From: Candidatus Poribacteria bacterium
GTDB lineage: Bacteria > Poribacteria > WGA-4E > PCPOR2b
Direction of reading: 5' to 3'
Length of the DNA: 64,000 bases
Assembly (NCBI GenBank): GCA_965208325.1
Contig: OZ242326.1
Span: forward strand, 3,808,001 to 3,872,000
Shown one piece after another: positions 32,971-42,482 of the stretch. Under the pieces are notes generated by a model. The model was not told the DNA's origin. It saw only the letters and a list, made by a program, of their open reading frames with translations, and did not search any database. How positions within the stretch are numbered: position 1 is the stretch's first letter; each line of letters opens with the position of its first letter. The position numbers and the translations under genes were made by a program.

Positions 32971-33697
32971 AACACCTATCGAACAAACACTTGTCCAAGA
33001 ATTAACCGCCCTGCTTGAAAAGACAGACTTGCGGGTAATCCTGCGCGCAGTTGCTGATGAACCCGATCCGGATGTTGCCATTTTCTTGGTGACGCTTCAG
33101 CAAGCTTCTCCAACCCTCGCTAACCACGCCTCCCAAATCCTCATCCACCTTCGAGCTGATAAGCAGATTGCTGTCGCTGAGCAGATTACAACCACAGATA
33201 TTGTTGAGTCGGAACGCGTACGGGAAATCCACACGCGCTTGATTGAAAATATAGTAAGTGCGACGAATCAGACCACGGTTCTTGGGGACGGCAAATCTAA
33301 TCTGATTAAACTGCTAGGACGGATGAAGACAGACGATCAGAACCGCCTGCTGGATTCACTGGCCGCAAGGCAACCAGACATAGTCAACGACATTCATGAA
33401 CGGCTCTTCACATTTGCTGATCTCGCAACACTGAATGATTCGGCGATACAGACAATTTTGCAAGTGCTCGATCCCAGCACCATTGCGCTCGCACTCCACA
33501 ATGCTCCTGAAGAGGTGCGTCAAAGGTTCTTTGAGGGCATGTCCGATGAATTGACCGCCAATGTCGAAGACGAAACAAATCGGTTGACCTTTGAACAGAC
33601 GCAAATCGCCGACACTGCCCGGCAGTCTATCGTTACCCTCGTCCGAAATTTCGCATCCAAAGGTATGATCTCGACCGATCGAGAATCCGACGAGTAG
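32963..33697 (+). CDS. FliG middle/C-terminal domain-like protein
   Basis: LFTFADLATLNDSAIQTIL...IALALHNAPEEVRQRFFEGMS matches FliG_C; TTG start behind AGGAGG. Confidence 0.75.
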   Translation: MSETPIEQTLVQELTALLEKTDLRVILRAVADEPDPDVAIFLVTLQQASPTLANHASQILIHLRADKQIAVAEQITTTDIVESERVREIHTRLIENIVSATNQTTVLGDGKSNLIKLLGRMKTDDQNRLLDSLAARQPDIVNDIHERLFTFADLATLNDSAIQTILQVLDPSTIALALHNAPEEVRQRFFEGMSDELTANVEDETNRLTFEQTQIADTARQSIVTLVRNFASKGMISTDRESDE

Positions 33698-33766
33698 TTC
33701 ACACCTGCAAATCCCTGATTCGTTCGGTTCTCCAAAAACTGCTGCTTACCGGGGCATCCATTTATA

Positions 33767-34732
33767 GTGAATGACCAGAAAATCCTTCCCGTTCGCATTG
33801 GCGTGTCTACCTGTCTGTTGGGTGAAAAAGTACGGTTCGATGGTGGACACAAGCGCGATGCATTTCTTGTAGATGTCTTTGGGCGTTATGTGGAATGGGT
33901 ACCGGTATGCCCCGAAGTGGAGATGGGGTTAGGAACGCCGCGCCAACCCATTCGACTAACCCAGCAAGAGAACGGCATCCAGATTTTAATATCCAAGAGC
34001 GGCGTTAACCACACCGAAGCCATGCGGAATTATGCTGCAAGACGGGTCGAAGAATTGGGGAAGGAGGACTTGTCCGGTTATGTGCTCAAAGCCAATTCCC
34101 CTAGCTGCGGCATGGAGCGGGTGCGGGTGTATCAGCCTTCAGGCATCGCTAACCGGACCGGTACAGGACTGTTTGCTGGCGTGCTAATGAAATCGTTCCC
34201 AAACCTACCCGTAGAAGAGGAGGGGCGGCTGCGGGACGCGCGTCTACGAGAAAATTTCATCAGCCGCGTTTTCGCTTATCAACGGTGGCAGCGCGTGACG
34301 GAAATCGGGTTCAACCGAACCGCATTAACACGATTCCACGAACGCCACAAATTTCTGTTGATGGCTCACAACCAGACCGGCACGCGGCGGTTAGGACGTT
34401 TGCTGGGAACGCCAAAGCAATTCTCCGACGACGGCGCACTCGCATCCGAATACCTTCAAGAATTCTCCAACGTCATGCGGCGTACACCAACCATCCGCAA
34501 CCACACAAACGTACTGCAGCACATGGCGGGATATTTCTCGAAGGAACTCACGTCTGATGACCGGCGAGAACTCGCCGACACAATCCTCCGATACAAACAG
34601 GAACTCCTGCCGCTGATTGTCCCGATAACGCTCATTCGCCACTATGTGCGGAAGCACAACGTCGCGTACCTCCAAAATCAGGTTTATCTCGACCCGCACC
34701 CGCACGAGTTAATGCTGCTAAACCGACTTTAA
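33767..34732 (+). CDS. DUF523 (2-thiouracil desulfurase-like) plus DUF1722 (YbgA) protein
   Basis: STCLLGEKVRFDGGH, PVCPEV, SPSCG, EEEGRL, FHERHKFLLMAH, NVLQHMAGYF. Confidence 0.92.
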   Translation: MNDQKILPVRIGVSTCLLGEKVRFDGGHKRDAFLVDVFGRYVEWVPVCPEVEMGLGTPRQPIRLTQQENGIQILISKSGVNHTEAMRNYAARRVEELGKEDLSGYVLKANSPSCGMERVRVYQPSGIANRTGTGLFAGVLMKSFPNLPVEEEGRLRDARLRENFISRVFAYQRWQRVTEIGFNRTALTRFHERHKFLLMAHNQTGTRRLGRLLGTPKQFSDDGALASEYLQEFSNVMRRTPTIRNHTNVLQHMAGYFSKELTSDDRRELADTILRYKQELLPLIVPITLIRHYVRKHNVAYLQNQVYLDPHPHELMLLNRL

Positions 34733-34942
34733 TAGGACTTGCGCTTTTCCGTTTGTTGCTGCGCAGTTCTTTGCGAGGCGTCTACTCGTTCACTTGCTTT
34801 TAGATCGCCGGCACACGATTTTATGTAGAATCGGGCAATAAAGCAATATACCATCGTAACCGCTATGGCGCCATTCACCCATGCTATAAATATTTGGGGT
34901 CAAAGGCGTAAACCATTTCATAAATACTTTTTGAGCAGACTA

Positions 34943-35178
34943 GGTTCTGTTGACATTTCATCACAACTGAACAATCATGGGGGCAGTGCACAGCCCCGAG
35001 ACGATTCGTAGGGTTGGGTTACCCAACCCTCTTTTCTCAATCATATCTGTATGATTAGGAGTTTCTCGCCAGCGGTTGATTTGTGGGCGGGGTGACCTAA
35101 TAAACACTATCGCCCTCGCTATTCACTCGGTTGATCCCCTACGGTTACGGAGGGATTTACACAAATGTCAACACGCCC
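34943..35178. mobile_element. MITE copy 1 with IS-like TIRs and TA flanks
   Basis: GGTTCTGTTGACATTT...AAATGTCAACACGCCC (13/16 inverted match), TA on both sides; second copy at 35744. Confidence 0.75.
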
Positions 35179-35204
35179 TAATGAGAAAACAGGAGGATGG
35201 TATT

Positions 35205-35660
35205 GTGTACAAAACAAAAATGCCCGCTTTTTTTAGAATTTCAGCAGAAGGTATGGAATCCCTGATTAAAGGTTGTATATATTCCGTTTTGTGCATAACC
35301 ATGGTTGTGGTTGCGAGTTCTGGTTGTGTTCCGTCGCCTGCGCAACTGTCACAGACGGAAAAGAAATTGGAAGGCGCCCTCGATTTTGGGGCTGCGGGAA
35401 CTTTGCCAGCATGTTACCTGACTTTTAACGAACCCCATTTTGTCAATCGAATTGTAATAAATACGAAATACTCAGTCAAGGGCATCGGTGTCTATATCTC
35501 AACCGGAAAAGACTTGTGGTATCACGTCAAGCAGTTCAAGCGACCTATAATCGGTGCAACTAGTGTCAAAATTGGAAGGAAAACTGATATTATTCGGGTG
35601 ACAAGGAGTATACCGGCTGCACCCGTAGCGGTGCAGAGCATCGAAGCGTTCGGCAACTAA
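35205..35660 (+). CDS. Hypothetical lipoprotein between two MITEs
   Basis: AGGAGG RBS at 35191; VASSGC lipobox; start uncertain. Confidence 0.6.
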   Translation: MYKTKMPAFFRISAEGMESLIKGCIYSVLCITMVVVASSGCVPSPAQLSQTEKKLEGALDFGAAGTLPACYLTFNEPHFVNRIVINTKYSVKGIGVYISTGKDLWYHVKQFKRPIIGATSVKIGRKTDIIRVTRSIPAAPVAVQSIEAFGN

Positions 35661-35743
35661 ATCGTCCAGCCGGCGCATTATAGTTGGAGGTGCCTCTCTA
35701 TTTTTGCCGATAGAGACAAAACATATTCGAATTTTTATGACTA

Positions 35744-35987
35744 GGTTCTGTTGACATTTCATCGCAACTGGACAATCAAGAACGGTGCACATACACATGA
35801 CGCTTCGTAGGGGTTGGGTTCCCCAACCCTTTTGTCAGAATCAGATACGATTTTGGACTGCTGTAGGTTGTTTGACCAAAATCGACTCAATCTGTATGGG
35901 TAGAAGTTCCCTGCCCGCGTTGGTCAATGGGCGAGGTAACCTCGCCCCTACGATTACAGGCCGTTTTACATAAATGTCAACACGCCC
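35744..35987. mobile_element. MITE copy 2
   Basis: Same TIRs and TA flanks as copy 1; internal GTAG-REP pair. Confidence 0.75.
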
Positions 35988-35994
35988 TAGTAAC

Positions 35995-37365
35995 TCAACC
36001 GCCGTTCAAGCGAGACCCACTCGTTACACACTCGATTGAGGAGTACACAACGTCGAGAAGCTGGTCCAGTTCGGATACGGATATTTGCAATGGGGGCATC
36101 AACACAATCGTATTGACGATTGGACGAAGCATCACGCCGCGCTTCAATGCCGCTTTGCAAACTTCAATGCCAACCTTTTCTTCAAGCGTGTACGGCTCCT
36201 TCGTCTCTCTGTCTCGCACCAACTCTACGCCGGCAGCCAACCCGCAAACGCGGACATCTCCGACATGGTCAAGACTGTAAAATTCCATGAGACGCCTCTG
36301 GAAGTGTGCAATAGTCGGCTGAATCTTATCAAGAAGCCCCTCTTTTTCAAAAATCTCTAAGTTCGCGGTCGCTGCCGCGCACCCCAACTGGTTACCCGTG
36401 AACGTGTGTCCGTGAAAGAACGTCTTGAGTTCTTTGTATTCTCCCAAAAAGGCATTGTAAATCTCATCGGAAGTGAGCGTCGCCGCCAAGGGGAGATATC
36501 CCCCCGACAACCCTTTCGCTGTACACAGAATATCTGGGACGGCATCTTCATGCTCGCACGCCCACATCCGCCCCGTGCGTCCAATTCCGGTCATCACTTC
36601 ATCCAAAATGAGAAGTGTGTTGGATCTCCTCGCTAGCGTTTCCACTCCCTTCAAGAAACCTTCAGGGGCGGTAATCATGCCGCCTGCGCCTTGAATCAAC
36701 GGCTCAATAATTATCCCGGCAACCTGCCGATTAAACTCCTGTAAGGTTTTCTCCAGTTCACGCAGGCAATAGTCTCTGACAGCTTCAGGCTGGTTTCCGG
36801 CGGGGGAACGGTAGACATAAGGCGCCGGAACGTGAACGGTTTCGAAAAGAAGGCCGTCAAACGTGCGGTGGAATACCTCAATACAGCTAACACTCATAGC
36901 GCCTACGGTGTCGCCATGGTAAGCGCTATCCAAATTCACGAAAATCTTGCGTTCAGGCTCACCCTTGTGCTGCCAGTATTGGTACGCAATCTTTAAGGCA
37001 ATCTCTACCGACGTCGCGCCGTTGTCCGAATAAAAGACCTTGTCTAATCCTTGCGGCGTAATCTCAACAAGTTTCTTCGCCAATTTAATGGCCGGGACGT
37101 TGGAATACCCTAACAACGTCGAGTGTGCAATCTTGTCAATTTGCGCCTTGGTGGCATCGTTAATCTCTTGCCGGTTGTGGCCGTGGACGTTTGTCCACAT
37201 CGAAGCCACCCCGTCTATGTAGCGGTTGCCCGCCGTGTCAATTAAATAGACCCCCTCTCCCCGTTCAATAATAACCGGCTCTTCCGCGAGCCAATCTTGC
37301 ATTTGCGTGAATGGGTGCCAAAGATAGCGCCTGTCCCAATCTATCAGTGTCTGCTTGTCCAACAT
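35995..37365 (-). CDS. bioA: Adenosylmethionine-8-amino-7-oxononanoate aminotransferase
   Basis: LWHPFTQM, DNGATSVEIALK, YHGDT, EPLIQGAGGM, DEVMTG, AKGLSGGYLP, HGHTFTGN. Confidence 0.95.
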   Translation of the reverse strand: MLDKQTLIDWDRRYLWHPFTQMQDWLAEEPVIIERGEGVYLIDTAGNRYIDGVASMWTNVHGHNRQEINDATKAQIDKIAHSTLLGYSNVPAIKLAKKLVEITPQGLDKVFYSDNGATSVEIALKIAYQYWQHKGEPERKIFVNLDSAYHGDTVGAMSVSCIEVFHRTFDGLLFETVHVPAPYVYRSPAGNQPEAVRDYCLRELEKTLQEFNRQVAGIIIEPLIQGAGGMITAPEGFLKGVETLARRSNTLLILDEVMTGIGRTGRMWACEHEDAVPDILCTAKGLSGGYLPLAATLTSDEIYNAFLGEYKELKTFFHGHTFTGNQLGCAAATANLEIFEKEGLLDKIQPTIAHFQRRLMEFYSLDHVGDVRVCGLAAGVELVRDRETKEPYTLEEKVGIEVCKAALKRGVMLRPIVNTIVLMPPLQISVSELDQLLDVVYSSIECVTSGSRLNGG

Positions 37366-37405
37366 CACAATTTGAGTTACGGCTGAATGCCAACCGCCCA
37401 AAATA

Positions 37406-37445
37406 AAAATGCGGAATCTAGGGCACGCCCCGGATTCCGCATTTT
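37406..37445 (-). terminator. Rho-independent terminator
   Basis: AAAATGCGGAATC...GATTCCGCATTTT stem followed by a T-rich tail on the minus strand. Confidence 0.75.
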
Positions 37446-37464
37446 GGTTAAACTTGGTTACGAA

Positions 37465-38706
37465 CTACCCCTTTAATTTTGCATAGTGAACTTCATGCTC
37501 AGTCGGCAAATCTTCAACTTTGCCTGACTTCGGAACAATTATTTCAAGCAGCTTGTCGCGATACGTATACCGGAAGTTTTCAGGGTTCCCCTCAATATGG
37601 AACGTGTTCGTGAACCCGTTGGGGAATGAACTTGCCCGTCCGAGCACATCGCTGAATCGAGGATCCTCTAGCTTCGACTCAACAGTCAAAATATTCCCGT
37701 CCAGATGAACCTGATACGCATAGTCAGGCATCAAATCTGGCAGGTTGTGCTCCTTCTTGTATTCACTATCAGGCACCCACCGCGGGAACTCAACTTCGAT
37801 AATATAGCGGTCTGCTGTGGTTTTGAATCGGTGCATCATGCCGTAACGGCGGTAGCGTTCTCGCGTGTCCTCGGCGTAAATGTGACCATCCGCAAGAACC
37901 GCCCCAGGTAGGCTTGAGCGCGGTGCGTCTGGCTCAACGGCAATCACCGGGCGCAGCCATGATAGCAGCGGAGTCGCAATAAACGATGGCAGCCAACCGT
38001 ACCACGCGGCGCCGTAACGCGGCTCCTCTTCGCTTTCAGTCGCAACTAGTACATCCTTGAATCGAAACATGCCTTCACCAATTGCGAGAGCCACGCCAAG
38101 CAATATGAACAAGTTTCCTCGGCTTGTAAATAGGTCAACACCCCAAACCGCCGCGCCAATCATGAAAAACGCAAGCGGGTAAACCGCCAAGTTAATCAAA
38201 CTGTTAATTCCCGTCGAAACCGACGCGCTGAACACCTTTGCGTCTGACGCCAATTCCTCTAGGTCGCTCTTGAATCTCGCCGATAACGCTCCCAACCATG
38301 GTTGCGAAAACATCACGTGCATGCGGAAAAAACCGCGAATCGAAGATTTTGGCGCTTCGAGCATTTGGACAAATTCTTCGACTTCGGAAGCCCTAAACGC
38401 TTCATCTTCTTCCCCTTGCGCAGTTCCGCCTTGTCCAGTCCCTTCACCCGCACCCGGTTTAACAAATGTCTCAAAAAACTTGCTGTTTATTTCATTGTAC
38501 GAAGTCCACTCTTCCGGCACGTCATCAATCATAAAAATCGCATCAACAGGGCATGCGGGCTCACATGCGGCGCAGTCAATACACTCTGCAGGATTAATAT
38601 AAAGTTGTTTTTCCCCTTCAGTTGTATGAATACAGTCCACAGGACACACGTCAACACATGCAGTGTCCATCACATCCACACACGGTTCACAGATTACATA
38701 CGCCAT
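37465..38706 (-). CDS. Ferredoxin (FdxA-like) fused to a membrane segment and an Hsp20/alpha-crystallin-like domain
   Basis: CEPCVDVMDTACVDVCPVDC...CIDCAACEPACP; two TM helices; YIIEVEFP...LDGNILTV...YRDKLLEIIVPK. Confidence 0.75.
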   Translation of the reverse strand: MAYVICEPCVDVMDTACVDVCPVDCIHTTEGEKQLYINPAECIDCAACEPACPVDAIFMIDDVPEEWTSYNEINSKFFETFVKPGAGEGTGQGGTAQGEEDEAFRASEVEEFVQMLEAPKSSIRGFFRMHVMFSQPWLGALSARFKSDLEELASDAKVFSASVSTGINSLINLAVYPLAFFMIGAAVWGVDLFTSRGNLFILLGVALAIGEGMFRFKDVLVATESEEEPRYGAAWYGWLPSFIATPLLSWLRPVIAVEPDAPRSSLPGAVLADGHIYAEDTRERYRRYGMMHRFKTTADRYIIEVEFPRWVPDSEYKKEHNLPDLMPDYAYQVHLDGNILTVESKLEDPRFSDVLGRASSFPNGFTNTFHIEGNPENFRYTYRDKLLEIIVPKSGKVEDLPTEHEVHYAKLKG

Positions 38707-38754
38707 TTTCCGTCTCTCCTAAAACGAAACCGATTCCTTCGAAATCTCACCAAA

Positions 38755-38783
38755 ATTATATCACAGTCCAATTCACCTGACAA
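38755..38783 (-). promoter_or_regulatory. Sigma70 promoter of the ferredoxin fusion gene
   Basis: Minus strand TTGTCA-17 bp-TATAAT with TGn. Confidence 0.65.
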
Positions 38784-38815
38784 GAATATTTGAACCCGTG
38801 TGCGCTCCGATGACA

Positions 38816-40471
38816 TTACGACAATCCAACTTTTAATTCGGCATTCAAGTCCAAAATGTGTTGCCTATAGGCGTTTACTTCGGCGGAAACCTTGGCCTTG
38901 TCCCAATGTCCGCGCTCAACGAGAAACTGTGCGATTTTCGGCGCAGTATCAACGCCCTGTCCATCCGTCAAACCGATGCGCATCCGGCGCCAGAGTAGGT
39001 CGTCGAGAGTCATCGCCATTTCGCCCCAAAAGGCATAGAGCACTTCCGCTTTCAAGAATGCTGACGCTTCCGGCATCGGTTCCGCGAGCGATGGATCCCG
39101 GTCTATAAACGTCAAGATAGCGCCCGCTCCCGCGCCGTAGCGTTGGACAATCCGTTCCCAATCGGCATCCGCCAGCACGTCGTTCTTTCGAGTCATCCCC
39201 TCGGCATTTAGCAACGGATTCGTGCCGGTCTTGCAGTGACGTGGACGCTGAAGTTCTTCCGCGATGTAGTTGACGGCTTCCTCGGCAATCTGTCGGTGCG
39301 TGGTTAATTTTCCACCGTAGATATACATCACCCCGCTGTCACTCTCGGCAATCAAGTGTTCTCGTGAAACAAAACCGCCGTTTTTGGAGGCGATTAAAGG
39401 GCGCACACCAGCGTATGCCGAAACAACGTCCCGCCGGTTTGCCGCCGCCGTTGGAAAAATCCGCGCCGTTTCTGCTAAGAGATAGTCCACCTCGTCACTA
39501 GACGGGCGCACCGCGTCAAGATCTTCTCCAGGATCGGATTCAGTGGTGCCGACCGCGGACAATTCCGCATCGTATGAAAGTGTAAACACAATGCGGGGTT
39601 TCTCATTCTTTCGCTTTTCCGACCGTGTAAACGCGGCGATACCGTAGCGGTTCGGGTTCAATCGGGGCAATAGAATGTGAATCCCTTTCGCCTTCCGGGT
39701 TGTCAACCTCGGCACACCGTTATAGGCAGAGTCCTTTTCCCATAACCGGTCCGTCCATGGCCCCGTCGCCGACACAACTTTCCGAGCGGCAATCTCAAAC
39801 TGTTCCCCGGATATTGCATCCTCAACTCGTACTGTATACCCGCTGCTAGAACTATTGTACTGAGCATCGGATTCGAGAAAGCGTACGTAGTTGGTGATAA
39901 CCGCACCGTGCTGATGTGCATCCTTGAGTGTCAGCAGGGTCAACCGCGCATCATCGACCATGCTATCCCAAACGACGACGCACCCTTTCAACGAATTCGT
40001 CTCAATAGGTCCGACCAAACGCTGAATCTGCGCCGCATCACGGTAGGAACATGCCCGCTCAGCGTCATCAGTTTTAGAGAGATGATTGTAATACCGCGCC
40101 GCAATCTGCATACCGGAGAGCGGATACGGATCGCCCTTATAATTGAGTATGGCAATGGGTAACGGCTTGACTAGGTTCGGCGCGATACGCAACAGTGTCT
40201 CTCGTTCACGCCGCGCTTCCTTTATCAGCGAAAAGTCGCGCTTGATAAGGTATCGAAAACCGCCGTGGATCAGTTGGGATGTCGCGCTGCTTGTACCGTT
40301 CGAAAAGTCGCCCTTTTCAATGAGCGCAGCCTTGAAATGCCCGTTTAAGGCGAGGTCGCGTATTAAGCCCGCCCCCACGATGCCGCCGCCGATGACCAAG
40401 ACATCAAACGGCTCGCTTGTTAAGCGTTTGATATTGTGAGCCCGAGTTCGCGCTGAAAATTCGGTCGACAT
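38816..40471 (-). CDS. glpD: FAD-dependent glycerol-3-phosphate dehydrogenase family
   Basis: IGGGIVG, GTSSATSQLIHGGFRY, DDARL, ATGPWTD, AGVRPL, GGKLTT. Confidence 0.85.
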   Translation of the reverse strand: MSTEFSARTRAHNIKRLTSEPFDVLVIGGGIVGAGLIRDLALNGHFKAALIEKGDFSNGTSSATSQLIHGGFRYLIKRDFSLIKEARRERETLLRIAPNLVKPLPIAILNYKGDPYPLSGMQIAARYYNHLSKTDDAERACSYRDAAQIQRLVGPIETNSLKGCVVVWDSMVDDARLTLLTLKDAHQHGAVITNYVRFLESDAQYNSSSSGYTVRVEDAISGEQFEIAARKVVSATGPWTDRLWEKDSAYNGVPRLTTRKAKGIHILLPRLNPNRYGIAAFTRSEKRKNEKPRIVFTLSYDAELSAVGTTESDPGEDLDAVRPSSDEVDYLLAETARIFPTAAANRRDVVSAYAGVRPLIASKNGGFVSREHLIAESDSGVMYIYGGKLTTHRQIAEEAVNYIAEELQRPRHCKTGTNPLLNAEGMTRKNDVLADADWERIVQRYGAGAGAILTFIDRDPSLAEPMPEASAFLKAEVLYAFWGEMAMTLDDLLWRRMRIGLTDGQGVDTAPKIAQFLVERGHWDKAKVSAEVNAYRQHILDLNAELKVGLS

Positions 40472-40472
40472 G

Positions 40473-41855
40473 TCAAGCCGTATATTGTTTCGCGAGCATT
40501 TCGGCATGAAGCGCAACTTTGCGGATGGCGGCGAGCACGCCCGCCGCTGCGTCAGGGATCGGATCTGCTAAAACCGGCAGAAACACCAACCGTGAGCAGG
40601 CTTTTTCACTGACGGGCAAATCGCCCGCAGCCGTGCCGCGGTAGTCGCCGCCCATTTCCGGCGTGCACAAACTACCTCGTCCCTCGGTGTAAATATCTAG
40701 CCCTTCCGTAAACAGCGGTAGGTTGTGGAGAAGCGGATACGGGTTGTCGTTGGTTGGCAAACTGCCCGAGAAGATTGGCACCCCGTCGCCGACTAAAAGC
40801 GGGTACGGATTATTGTTCGCAAGAACCCCCTCTTTTCGGAGCGCATCTGCAAAGGCGGGCGCCGGAAATCCGCAGAGTTCAGCCTGATCGTAATGGACCG
40901 GGAAACCAAAGAAACCCGCCGGTTCTGTTCCCGCATACCTCTCAACAGGATTTACCCCCGCAATTGATTCCAAACCGTCTGATACCTCTTGAATGTATGC
41001 GCGGCGCTTCGCGTTCAGCGCATCCAGTTTCTCCATCTGTACCGATGCGATGCCGATAGCAAGCGGGTGCGCGCGGTATTTGACGCCAAGCCCCATCGGG
41101 GGGAGATGCTTGTATGTGGAACTACCCCCTTCAATTTTAACCGAACGGTTCACCTGGCCAAGTAAACAGGCGCGCTCAAACACCGCGGGGTCGTTGGTTG
41201 CCAGTACGCCGCCTTCGCCGGCGCTCACCGGTTTGCTGCCTTGTAGACTCCAGGCGCCCGCGTGTCCGATACTTCCGCACGGCTTGCCTTTGTAACTTGC
41301 GCCGTGTGCGTGAGAGCAATCCTCTATCACCGGCACCCCAGTCTCCTCACTCAACGCCATCAGCGCATCCATATCGCACACGTTTCCCCACAGATGCACC
41401 GCCACAATCGCTTTCGTTCGGTCAGTGATGCGCCGCCGCACATCTGCCGCGTCAATTAGCAAAGTTCGCGGGTCAATCTCGCAAAAGACCGGTTTCGCCA
41501 TCAGCATCAACGCCGGCGTAATCGAACAGATCCACGTATAAGTCGGGCAGATGACTTCATCGCCGGGACCAACCCCGAGGCCGAACATGGCGCTGTGAAT
41601 CGCCGCGGTTCCGTTGATAAGGCTTATCGCAAATTCGGTGTGATGCCGTTCACGCCACATCTCTTCAAACTCCTGAACCACTGGGGACGCGCCGGAAAGC
41701 TCGTTCCGCAGCGTCATCTCATAGGCAATCTGCGCTTCTGCGTCCGTGATTTGCCGCCACTGCTCAAGTTTTGGATAAGCCGAGTCTGAGTCGGATTCAA
41801 AAACCGGCGTTCCGCCCAGAGCGGCAGGCAAGTTTTTCAAATCGGAATTTGGCAT
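40473..41855 (-). CDS. DegT/DnrJ family aminotransferase
   Basis: NGTAAIH, VHLWG, EDCSHAHG, SLQGSKPVSAGEGG. Confidence 0.92.
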   Translation of the reverse strand: MPNSDLKNLPAALGGTPVFESDSDSAYPKLEQWRQITDAEAQIAYEMTLRNELSGASPVVQEFEEMWRERHHTEFAISLINGTAAIHSAMFGLGVGPGDEVICPTYTWICSITPALMLMAKPVFCEIDPRTLLIDAADVRRRITDRTKAIVAVHLWGNVCDMDALMALSEETGVPVIEDCSHAHGASYKGKPCGSIGHAGAWSLQGSKPVSAGEGGVLATNDPAVFERACLLGQVNRSVKIEGGSSTYKHLPPMGLGVKYRAHPLAIGIASVQMEKLDALNAKRRAYIQEVSDGLESIAGVNPVERYAGTEPAGFFGFPVHYDQAELCGFPAPAFADALRKEGVLANNNPYPLLVGDGVPIFSGSLPTNDNPYPLLHNLPLFTEGLDIYTEGRGSLCTPEMGGDYRGTAAGDLPVSEKACSRLVFLPVLADPIPDAAAGVLAAIRKVALHAEMLAKQYTA

Positions 41856-41946
41856 GAGATGTAGATTAACCCCTCGTTAATTTCAATCTGTGTCGAACCC
41901 CAAATGCGAATTGGCAGTTCACCTTAATAGTTAATTCCATTGTATT

Positions 41947-42058
41947 TTACTCATTACGCCTTACTCATTACGCCTTACTCATTACGCCTTACTCATTACG
42001 CTTTACTCATTACGCCTTACTCATTACGCTTTACTCATTACTCATTACTCATTACTCA
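41947..42058. repeat. Heptamer tandem repeat, 16 units of TTACTCA / TTACGCY
   Basis: Read directly: alternating units, ending in four TTACTCA. Confidence 0.95.
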
Positions 42059-42420
42059 ATGGGTGCGGTTCCCAAACCCCGCCTACCGCAGCGTAATTGT
42101 GACACCTGCGCTACGCTGTTGTATCACTTCTACAACAGGTTCTCTGAATTCAACCTTGAATATCCTAGCCCGTACTGAAATTTGATTTTGGCATTTAAAT
42201 TGCAATTTCCTAGGGAAGAATAGCATATTCGAGGACTTTTGTCAATACGGCGCAAGTTCCCGCTAGCAGAGCCTCTTTTTCCTTTAAGTCCGTTTCTTCC
42301 CTGTCAATCCTAAGAACTGCCGGGGCAGGTTGTTACGAAAATTGTGTAACTTGTGCTTATAAAAAAAGATTAGTTTTTCAGGCTTCTCTTTGTCGTATTA
42401 GAGAGCACTCTCCAACACTC

Positions 42421-42449
42421 TTGACAGCAAGTGCGCCTTAGGCTACAAT
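42421..42449 (+). promoter_or_regulatory. Sigma70 promoter of the TonB receptor
   Basis: TTGACA-17 bp-TACAAT. Confidence 0.7.
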
Positions 42450-42482
42450 GCAAGAAATAATCGTCCAATAAGAAAGAGATTA

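Noticed and set aside
40730..40820. Short internal duplication (NPYPLL twice) in the DegT enzyme
   Set aside because: Real but small; no evidence of functional significance.
41940..42185. 81-aa ORF with THYALLITPYSLR repeats; also a possible CRISPR array
   Set aside because: It is the translation of the heptamer microsatellite; there are no unique spacers and no cas genes.
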